A DNA stretch of 64,000 bases from Pseudohongiellaceae bacterium. GTDB taxonomy: Bacteria; Pseudomonadota; Gammaproteobacteria; Pseudomonadales; Pseudohongiellaceae. Both the position numbers and the translations under genes were made by a program. Of the stretch, positions 9,371-16,998 are shown piece by piece. The notes under the pieces are model-generated. The model saw only the letters and a list, made by a program, of their open reading frames with translations. It had not been told where the DNA came from and searched no databases. How positions within the stretch are numbered: the first letter of the stretch is position 1; every line of letters begins with the position of its first letter. Location of the stretch: assembly GCA_965661495.1 (NCBI GenBank), contig CBFIDY010000003.1, forward strand, positions 38,619 to 102,618, read 5' to 3'.

Positions 9371-10476
9371 GTGCAGTAATTACGAAGCCGCTGCGGGCGA
9401 GTTTTCAGCACCGCTTTGCGGACTTTTCTTTGGACGTTAATTTCACCCTGCCAGGGCGCGGCGTCACGGTGCTATTTGGCGAGTCTGGCTCTGGCAAAAC
9501 AACACTGCTGCGCTGCCTAGCCGGCCTGCAGCGCGCTGATGTTGGTGAGCTCTTTTTCGGTGATCAGTGCTGGCAAGACAGCGAGCACTTTCTTTCTCCG
9601 CATCAGCGTTCACTTGGCTATGTTTTTCAGGAAGCTAGCCTGCTGACCCATTTGAACGTGCAGGAGAACCTCGACTATGCTCGCAGCCGCGTGCGAAGCA
9701 AAGAGGTGCAGGCCATAGCCTACGATGAGCTGCTGTCACTGTTAGCTATCTCTGAACTATTGACGCGTCGTGTGCAGGATCTCTCCGGTGGCGAGCGCCA
9801 GCGTGTCGCCATCGCCCGCGCGCTGCTCACGCAGCCGCAGCTGCTGCTGATGGATGAGCCGCTGGCTTCACTGGATCAGCGCCGCAAGCAGGAAATTTTG
9901 CCTTATCTAGAAATGCTGCGTGATGAGTTAAATATTCCGATCGTTTATGTGACGCATTCCATGGACGAGCTTGCGCGCTTGGCCGATCAGGTAATCGTGT
10001 TAGAGCAGGGCAAGCTCGTTGCTCAGGGTCAGCGCGACGAGGTGCTTACCCAGCTCGGCTCGCCGCTGCAGGCGCAGAACGGGGCCGGAGTTGTGCTCGA
10101 GGCGACGATTACCGCAAGAGAAGAGCAGTGGCATCTGCTTCGCGCGCAGATCAGCGGTGGTGAGCTGTGGCTTGCGGACCGCGGTCAGCAGCAGGGCGAA
10201 ACACTGCGGGTTAGGGTGCTGGCGCGGGATGTGTCCTTAACGCTAACGCGCCACGACGACAGCAGCATTTTGAACACGCTGCGCGCGCAGGTCGTTGAGA
10301 TTGGACCGGCGAACAGCGGTGATGCGGTGCTGGTGCGCCTGCAGCTTTGCTCAGACGGCGGTGTAGTAGGCAGCGAGCTCGTTGCCCGTATCACTCGACG
10401 CTCCTGCGATCTGCTTGGACTCGGGCGTGGCAGTGAGGTGTGGGCGCAAATAAAATCGGTGGCTGTGCTGCGCTAG
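9367..10476 (+). CDS. modC: Molybdate ABC transporter ATP-binding protein with C-terminal TOBE/Mop domain
   Basis: Walker A GESGSGKTT, signature LSGGERQRVAIARAL and Walker B LLLMDEP. ATGA start/stop overlap with modB. Confidence 0.9.
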   Translation: MSAVITKPLRASFQHRFADFSLDVNFTLPGRGVTVLFGESGSGKTTLLRCLAGLQRADVGELFFGDQCWQDSEHFLSPHQRSLGYVFQEASLLTHLNVQENLDYARSRVRSKEVQAIAYDELLSLLAISELLTRRVQDLSGGERQRVAIARALLTQPQLLLMDEPLASLDQRRKQEILPYLEMLRDELNIPIVYVTHSMDELARLADQVIVLEQGKLVAQGQRDEVLTQLGSPLQAQNGAGVVLEATITAREEQWHLLRAQISGGELWLADRGQQQGETLRVRVLARDVSLTLTRHDDSSILNTLRAQVVEIGPANSGDAVLVRLQLCSDGGVVGSELVARITRRSCDLLGLGRGSEVWAQIKSVAVLR

Positions 10477-11873
10477 TGTTCTGCGTTGCACTTGAGCAGT
10501 GGCAGCAGTAGCGCTTCGCCATGCTCGGTGACCCGCTGCTTACTCAAGCCGTGCAGCAGCTTGCTTAACGGCGTTCGCTGGGCGCTATCGAGTTTTTCCA
10601 AGCGGGTTTTGAGGTCGATGGTTGGCACGAATGCAGTATCGCGCTGAGCATGAGTGCGGTTGCGCAGAGTGTCTAGAAGCGCCAGGAACCTACCAGTGAC
10701 CACGTAAGGGAAATTCGCATTGTTGCTAGGGCCAAAGGCTGCTTCATAGTTGCCCAAGCTGCTGCCATGGGTTTTGTCGAAACTAAAACCAGCAATCGTG
10801 TCGGCGGCAATCCATGTCGCGGCACTAGCAAGCACCCCGCCACTTAATGCGCCAAGCAGCAGGCTGCTTCCTGCCATTGCCGCGTCAATCACCGCGCCGG
10901 TGCTGGCACCGGCGAGTCCCGCTGCCGCAGCGAGCTGGCGTCGGTTTAGACCCCAAGCTATCCATTTTTCAGTGTCGAAAAGATCGCCCTCAAGAGGCAG
11001 TGCTTCGGCGCGGCTGTCTAGCTGATGATAGTTGTAAAGCTCCTTCAGACGCCTATGAGCAGCCTCTTCTAGTTCGCGCATTTCTTCGAAGTAGCGCGCC
11101 TCTAGGCTGCTCTTTGCAGCCTCAGCTGCAGACCTACTTGGCGTTTGTGCGGTGCAGCGGTAGGTGCAGAGTTTGGTTAAGGTGTCGTTTAATAGCGCAG
11201 CTGCCTCTTGCAGGCGTGATTCTTCCTGCTGCACATAGGCCTGGCGCACGGCCTGCAGTGCATCGCGCCACTGGGGTGCGATGATGGCAAAGGCCTCAAG
11301 TATTTCGTCGCGGCGCAGGCGATCGGAAAGAAAGGGGTTAAACAGGCGCACGATTTTAAAATATTGACCGAGCGCTTGTTGCCATGCGTCGACTTCGGCC
11401 TCGGATTCGATAGGATTTATCAGCGCCATGCTCGCCTGACCCGTCCAGCGCAGAATTTCCATTTCGGCTTCGTAGTCAGGATTGTAGGGGCGCGAGCCGT
11501 CGACCACATACAGTATCGCCGCGCCCTCCATAATCGGACGCAGAAGAGCGGTCTCGTCGGGAAACTGCGCTGCGCACTCTGGCGATTCTAGAAATTTTTC
11601 GATGGCGGCGCGGCGCTGATCGGCGGTGGCCGCTGCGCTCTGAAGCCAAGCTAAGACTTTGCTTGGGCGTTGAAACCCTGGCGTGTCGATCAGCGCGTAG
11701 CTCGCGGCGTTGCTCCCTACCTGGACTTCATAAAGTTGGGCGTGAGTGGTTGTGCCGCTGCGCTGGGAAATGGCAATCGCGTCATTCTGTGCAAGCGCGG
11801 CGACGATAGACGACTTGCCTTTGTTCGGATGACCGACAACGGCAAAACGCGGTGAGCTATTCGCTGGAGTCAT
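10473..11873 (-). CDS. GTPase with DUF3482-type C-terminal domain
   Basis: The track ORF extends to 11966. I prefer ATG 11873 (MTPANSSPRFAVVGHPNKGKSS), which overlaps the upstream stop by only 17 nt. G1 motif is GHPNKGKSS and G3 is DTPGF. The hydrophobic Gly/Ala-rich C-terminal region matches what I remember for GTPase/DUF3482 proteins. Confidence 0.75.
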   Translation of the reverse strand: MTPANSSPRFAVVGHPNKGKSSIVAALAQNDAIAISQRSGTTTHAQLYEVQVGSNAASYALIDTPGFQRPSKVLAWLQSAAATADQRRAAIEKFLESPECAAQFPDETALLRPIMEGAAILYVVDGSRPYNPDYEAEMEILRWTGQASMALINPIESEAEVDAWQQALGQYFKIVRLFNPFLSDRLRRDEILEAFAIIAPQWRDALQAVRQAYVQQEESRLQEAAALLNDTLTKLCTYRCTAQTPSRSAAEAAKSSLEARYFEEMRELEEAAHRRLKELYNYHQLDSRAEALPLEGDLFDTEKWIAWGLNRRQLAAAAGLAGASTGAVIDAAMAGSSLLLGALSGGVLASAATWIAADTIAGFSFDKTHGSSLGNYEAAFGPSNNANFPYVVTGRFLALLDTLRNRTHAQRDTAFVPTIDLKTRLEKLDSAQRTPLSKLLHGLSKQRVTEHGEALLLPLLKCNAEH

Positions 11874-12987
11874 CGCTCGTCTCCTTGTGAGCAACATCGC
11901 CGATCTGCAGATAGTGGCAGTGGGCTGCGGCACAGAAACGCCTCCACTCTTCGCTGTGCGCGACACCGATGGGGGTAGCGCTCTTGCCCTGCCACGTCAG
12001 AGGGGCGACAAATACTTCGCAGTTGCTAGGCGCAAGAGCGATGAAATCGGCGACCTCTCCAAGAGGGGGCTCCCAGCTGCGCACGAGAAGAATGAGGGCC
12101 GTTGAGTCGGTAAAATTTTGATCCGCTTGCGCCGGCTCGAAGGCGCTAATGTCCGCGGGTGCCAAGCGCTTCTCTATGGCATTGAGTAATCCTGCAGGCG
12201 TATGGGCGGCATCCACAATGACTGCTGCCTGCGGGGCATCGGTGGTAATCGGCGCGAGGTCGCTCGGAGCCGGGCGAGTGCTGGCAGTGATCTTGGGTAA
12301 TTGTGCGGGCTTCGACATGCTGCGTCTCTGACTGCGCTGTAACCAAAAAAAGCCGGCACACAGCATGACAAGACGCGGCGCTAGGCTGTAGCAAAGCTGC
12401 GCGGCAAGAAGATAGCGCCACCATTGACCCACGTAATTCGCTTCGCTGGGCGCCATAAGTCGAAAGTCCTGCGTGGTGTCTAGCATGGCGAGTGACGCCT
12501 GGGCCTCGGGCCAAAAACCCCAGGGCGTGCCAATTAGGGTCAACAGGGGATAGAGATCTGAAGCTTCGAGCAAGGTGCTACGCCAGACAAAGCTCACGTC
12601 AGTGGCGAGGAGCAGAATACCAAATCCAGCGAGGCTGCCAGCGGCAAAAGTGAAAGCGAAGACCTGGCTCAGTAAGAACAGAGTAGCTTGACGTAGCGCT
12701 GATGACGGGAGTGTCGTGAGAGGCATGCTGAGCTGCTTAGGCAGCAGTCGCAGCTGCAGAAGGCCGTGAAGCAAGCCCTGCCGTTTGCCGAACGTCAGCA
12801 GAGCAAGAGTGAGCAAAAGAAGCAAAGCGGGGAGTAGGGCAAATAGCAGCAGCGAGAAGAGTAGATTAACTCGGCCTAGCTCGTCGCCCGTGAGTGCTGT
12901 GACAGCAGCGAGCACTCCGAACGAGCCGCCGATAATCGCCAGCAGGCTCGCGCCGAGTGCCACAGGGATGCGCTGTGCGTTGCTCAA
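11857..12987 (-). CDS. DUF2868-type polytopic membrane protein (start uncertain)
   Basis: The maximal ORF runs to ATG 13101 but would overlap the upstream grx gene by 89 nt. TTG 12987 is the first start downstream of the grx stop. Leu-rich TM helices and a position directly upstream of the DUF3482 GTPase match the recurrent DUF2868/DUF3482 pairing. Confidence 0.6.
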   Translation of the reverse strand: MSNAQRIPVALGASLLAIIGGSFGVLAAVTALTGDELGRVNLLFSLLLFALLPALLLLLTLALLTFGKRQGLLHGLLQLRLLPKQLSMPLTTLPSSALRQATLFLLSQVFAFTFAAGSLAGFGILLLATDVSFVWRSTLLEASDLYPLLTLIGTPWGFWPEAQASLAMLDTTQDFRLMAPSEANYVGQWWRYLLAAQLCYSLAPRLVMLCAGFFWLQRSQRRSMSKPAQLPKITASTRPAPSDLAPITTDAPQAAVIVDAAHTPAGLLNAIEKRLAPADISAFEPAQADQNFTDSTALILLVRSWEPPLGEVADFIALAPSNCEVFVAPLTWQGKSATPIGVAHSEEWRRFCAAAHCHYLQIGDVAHKETSDDSSE

Positions 12988-13012
12988 TTCACACCCCTCG
13001 GCTTTGGGCTCG

Positions 13013-13270
13013 CTAGGTATTGGCAACGAGCTCGGCAAACTCACCACTAGCGACGGCTGCGCTGAGTTCTTTATAGCCGCCAACCGACACGTCGCCGACA
13101 AAAATTTGTGGCACGGTGCGCTGGCCCGACTCCTTCATGACCTTCATCATGAGATCGGTGTCGCCTTCCATGTTCACCTCGTCAAACGGGAAGTTCTTGC
13201 TTTTAAGCAGCTGCTTGGCCGCAGAGCAAAAGCTGCAGAGGTTCTTTGTATAAACAGTGATGTTAGCCAT
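13013..13270 (-). CDS. Glutaredoxin (GrxC-like, atypical CSFC active site)
   Basis: 85 aa. Reads MANITVYTKNLCSFCSAAKQLL...RTVPQIFVGDVSVGGYKEL. The glutaredoxin fold motifs TVPQIF and GG are present, with CSFC in place of the canonical CPYC. Confidence 0.85.
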   Translation of the reverse strand: MANITVYTKNLCSFCSAAKQLLKSKNFPFDEVNMEGDTDLMMKVMKESGQRTVPQIFVGDVSVGGYKELSAAVASGEFAELVANT

Positions 13271-13340
13271 GTGGGACCCTTCTCTAACTGAATGCGTATG
13301 GGTGAATTGTAGCGCTTAGGGCGCGGTTTGTAACGGCGGC

Positions 13341-14753
13341 TCAGCGCAGGCGTCGAGCTTGGTAGCGGCGGCCCTTGATTTTACTGTCGTTCAGTAGGGT
13401 GACCGCGGTTTTAGCAATCGCCTGCTCTACGGCGACGTAGCAGAGTCGATCCAGCACAGAGATTTTGCCAATCTGGCTGCCGGCGACGGTGCCGGTAGCG
13501 GTTAATGCGCCCAGCACGTCGCCGGGTCGCAGTTTATCGCGCTTACCGCCTCCAATGCTTAACGTCACCATGGCGGGATAGAGTTTATAGGGCGCGCTTG
13601 GGGGCAGGGTGTCGAGCGAGGCATAGGAGATGGGGCTATCCATATAATTGCTGATCGCCGTGGCGCGATTTTCCTCGGAGGGCATCACTAAGCTCACGGC
13701 GAGGCCTTCATGGCCCGCACGCCCGGTGCGTCCGATGCGGTGCACGTGTACTTCGGGGTCGGCGCTCAGCTCGAAGCACACCACAAGATCTAGCTCGTTG
13801 ATATCGATGCCGCGCGCGGCAACATCGGTCGCGACCAAAATCGAGCTGCTGCCGTTGGCAAATTGAATCAGGGTTCGGTCACGCTCGTACTGCTCCATGT
13901 CGCCGTGCAGGGCTAAGGTATGCAGATCGTGCTGCCAGAGATCGTCCTTGAGCTGCTCGCACTGGTGCTTCTGATTGCAAAAAATGAGTGTCGACTGAGG
14001 CCGTTGTTCGTCCAGTAGACGCAGCAGTGATTCAAGACGCGAGGCTCGGTCGACTCGGTAGAAGCGCTGAGCGATTTGCGTATTAGCCTCGCCTGCGTCG
14101 ATGCGAATATCTACCGGGTCGGTTTGGAATTCTGCGCTTAGCTGAGCGATCTCTTCGGGGAAGGTTGCCGAGAACAGCAGGGTCTGCCGCGCCTGCGGCA
14201 GGTAATCATCGATATCGTCGATGTCTTCAATAAAACCCATGCCGAGCATGCGGTCGGCTTCATCAAGGACCAGACTCTGCACCTTGGCGACATTGAGAGT
14301 CTGCTTGGCGAGGTGTTTTAACAGTCGGCCAGGTGTGCCAACGACGATGTGCGGCGCGCGTTTTAGCGACGCAAGCTGAGGCCCCATCGGCCGGCCGCCG
14401 CACAGAGTGAGTGTCTTAACGTTGGGTATGTGGCGGGCGAGGCGGCGAATTTCTTCGGCCACTTGCTCGGCAAGCTCACGGGTAGGGCAAATGACCAGCG
14501 CCTGCGTGTGATAGGCCTGCTCCTCTAGGCGATTCAGCAAGCTCATGGCGAAAGCCGCAGTCTTGCCGCTGCCCGTTTTTGCCTGAGCAATAAGGTCCCG
14601 ACCTTCAATGAGTGCCGGTAGGCTCTGGGCTTGCACTGGGGTCATCGTATGATAGCCAAGCGCTTCCGCTGCCGTGAGGATTTCTGGACGTAGCGTTAGG
14701 CTTGAGAAAGCCTCGTCGGATGAGGGGGCTGCGATGTTTGAAGTGGGCGACAT
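13341..14753 (-). CDS. dbpA: ATP-dependent DEAD-box RNA helicase DbpA
   Basis: Q motif, AKTGSGKT, DEAD (VLDEADRM), SAT and HRIGRTGRAG are all present. The C-terminal DbpA RNA-binding domain is also present (GGGKRDKLRPGDVLGALT...GKISVLDRLCYVAV). Confidence 0.85.
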   Translation of the reverse strand: MSPTSNIAAPSSDEAFSSLTLRPEILTAAEALGYHTMTPVQAQSLPALIEGRDLIAQAKTGSGKTAAFAMSLLNRLEEQAYHTQALVICPTRELAEQVAEEIRRLARHIPNVKTLTLCGGRPMGPQLASLKRAPHIVVGTPGRLLKHLAKQTLNVAKVQSLVLDEADRMLGMGFIEDIDDIDDYLPQARQTLLFSATFPEEIAQLSAEFQTDPVDIRIDAGEANTQIAQRFYRVDRASRLESLLRLLDEQRPQSTLIFCNQKHQCEQLKDDLWQHDLHTLALHGDMEQYERDRTLIQFANGSSSILVATDVAARGIDINELDLVVCFELSADPEVHVHRIGRTGRAGHEGLAVSLVMPSEENRATAISNYMDSPISYASLDTLPPSAPYKLYPAMVTLSIGGGKRDKLRPGDVLGALTATGTVAGSQIGKISVLDRLCYVAVEQAIAKTAVTLLNDSKIKGRRYQARRLR

Positions 14754-14840
14754 GGTTATGCTGAGAGCCTAGCTGAACGGGCGCGAATGATAGCACGCAC
14801 GGGCAGCGGCCCGTACGTCAGCGCTGTTGAAGCATCGCTC

Positions 14841-16682
14841 TCAGTCTCTTTCTAACTCGCCGGCAATCAGCTCGCCCGCTACCCAGGTCATTAGCACGCG
14901 ACCTTGCAGAAGCTCAGCAGGGTCGCTAGCTACGACTGCGAAAGGATCTAAGTCGACGATCGTGAGATCTGCCCACTTACCAACTTCAATGCTGCCGGCC
15001 TTGTCCTCCAAAAATGCCGCATAGGCTGCGCCGCTGGTGTAGCCGCGGATAGACTCTTCGGCAGTAAGCTTCTCGTCTGGGAACCAGCCGCCAGGGGGCT
15101 GTGAATCGGTGCTCTGGCGGGTAATCGCCGAGTGCAGGCCGTAGAATAAATTCCAATCGTAGCCCATCAGGTCGGAGCCAAACGCTAGCGGTGTGTTATG
15201 CCGGCGGAAGCTGCGCCAGGCGTAAGCCCCTGCTGAGCGCGTATGGCCGATGCGGTCTTCAGTCCAGACTTTGTCTTCGGCCACGAACGGAGGTTGTACC
15301 GAGGCAATCACATCGAGCTCGTCATACAGTGCGAAGTCGTCAGGATGAACGACCTGTGCATGTTCAATGCGATGTCGATTAGCCTGCAGGGCAGGATTGA
15401 GCGCGAAATTATCCCGCAGGAAATGCAGTACCTCTCGGTTGCCGCCGTCGCCGATGGCGTGGACATTGATTTGGAACCCATCCTGCAACATGGCGCCGAT
15501 TTCCTCGACAAAGAACCCGTACTCCTCGCCAGAGACGCCGTGGTGTCCGGGGCGGTCGCTGTATTCTTCAATGAGCTTAGCGCCGCGCGCACCGAGAGAG
15601 CCGTCGTAGTAACCCTTTACGGATTTCACATACAGTTTGTCATCATCACCTAGCTCCGAAGGTCCGCGGCCAAGCCATTCTTGCATAAGCGGTTTATCGC
15701 GACCGCTGATCATTGCGTACACCCGCAGTGGCAGCTCGCTACGCTGCGCTAAGGCTTCGTAGGCGGCCATCAAGCGCGTATCCACGCCGGCGTGATGCAC
15801 TGCTGTGTAGCCGGCGTCAGCCATGAGCTGCAGGCCATTGACTAGGCGTCTCTGCAGGCGCGCTTCGCTTAGCGGAGGCACTGCGCCGCGGTAAAGCGCA
15901 ACGCCGCGATTGCGGACCGCGCCGGTAGGCTCGCCGTCGGCATCGCGAAGTATCTCTCCGCCCACGGGATCTGCAGCGCCGGCAACAATGCCTGCTGCTT
16001 CCATGGCGAGCTTATTGCCCCAGGCGCCGAAGCCATTGGTGCCGTCCATTAGCACTGGGTTATTCGGCACTGCGGCTGTAAGACTGTGATGGGTAGGGTA
16101 GCGGTCTGCCCACAGGCCATCATCCCAGCCTCGGGCCACCACCCACTGACCCGCCGGGATCGCGTTAGCTTCCATATGAGCGACTACGCGCGCTACGGCC
16201 TCTGCTTCATCGGCTACGCCCTTGAGATCGACATCGTCTAGTGTGGCACCTAGCTCTTCGATATGGGTGTGGGAGTCGGTGAAACCGGGAAGAATAGTAG
16301 CTCCCGCGGCATCAATAAGTCTGCTGTTTTGGTCTGCCAAGGCGAGGATGTCGTCGTTGCTACCGACGGCGCTGATCAGACCGTCGGTAATCGCAATCGC
16401 TTGCGCATCGGCACGCCAACGTCCGTTATTCACTGGCGCGTTGCTCGCCGGTATACCTTCACCGTCAGGTTCGTCCCACGCGAAGGTGTAGATGTTGGCA
16501 TTGCTGATGATCGTTTGTGGTGCTGCGCTTACTGTCTTGTTGTCTACGTCCGGAGAGCAGGCTGCGAGGCTAAGAATAGCGGCTAAACTCAGTGCTGGGC
16601 GCCAACTGTCCCATGCTCTTTGTTGAGGTCTTGACTGATTGTTGGAATGACAGGAGAAAGCAGAGGCGACGTAGGAAAACAT
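14841..16682 (-). CDS. Secreted/lipoprotein amidohydrolase (Amidohydro_3, YtcJ-like)
   Basis: 613 aa with a lipobox-like LAACSP. Metal-binding GFTDSHTHI near the N-terminus, VHAIGD and an HAQ motif. Confidence 0.85.
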   Translation of the reverse strand: MFSYVASAFSCHSNNQSRPQQRAWDSWRPALSLAAILSLAACSPDVDNKTVSAAPQTIISNANIYTFAWDEPDGEGIPASNAPVNNGRWRADAQAIAITDGLISAVGSNDDILALADQNSRLIDAAGATILPGFTDSHTHIEELGATLDDVDLKGVADEAEAVARVVAHMEANAIPAGQWVVARGWDDGLWADRYPTHHSLTAAVPNNPVLMDGTNGFGAWGNKLAMEAAGIVAGAADPVGGEILRDADGEPTGAVRNRGVALYRGAVPPLSEARLQRRLVNGLQLMADAGYTAVHHAGVDTRLMAAYEALAQRSELPLRVYAMISGRDKPLMQEWLGRGPSELGDDDKLYVKSVKGYYDGSLGARGAKLIEEYSDRPGHHGVSGEEYGFFVEEIGAMLQDGFQINVHAIGDGGNREVLHFLRDNFALNPALQANRHRIEHAQVVHPDDFALYDELDVIASVQPPFVAEDKVWTEDRIGHTRSAGAYAWRSFRRHNTPLAFGSDLMGYDWNLFYGLHSAITRQSTDSQPPGGWFPDEKLTAEESIRGYTSGAAYAAFLEDKAGSIEVGKWADLTIVDLDPFAVVASDPAELLQGRVLMTWVAGELIAGELERD

Positions 16683-16907
16683 AAATAGGGCTCGAAAAAG
16701 ACAAAGTCCGATTCTCGCTTAGATTAAGTCGCAGTGCCACTAAGGCTGCGGCAAGGCGGGAGGAGCTCTTTTTTATGTGCCGATCACAAAATAATTAATC
16801 TATTGTGATGATTGATGGTTGATGGAAAGGGGTGAAGCGCGGCTCAGGAAGCGGAGTGGCCGATGTGAGGACAAGATAGGAAATGCGGTTCGCGGCACAC
16901 GCAGCCA

Positions 16908-16991
16908 TAAAAAAGAGGAGACACAGTGCTGTGTCACCTCTTTTTATGTCGTTCTTTTTCTTAATCAATGACCGTCCCCGAGGGGACGGTC
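16908..16991 (-). terminator. Two hairpins downstream of the TonB-dependent receptor gene; the distal one is a bidirectional intrinsic terminator
   Basis: 16970-16991 is a perfect inverted repeat, GACCGTCCCC/GGGGACGGTC. 16908-16946 is an A-run, then GAGGAGACACA..TGTGTCACCTC, then a T-run. On the minus strand this reads as a stem followed by TTTTTT. Confidence 0.7.
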
Positions 16992-16998
16992 AAGCGAC

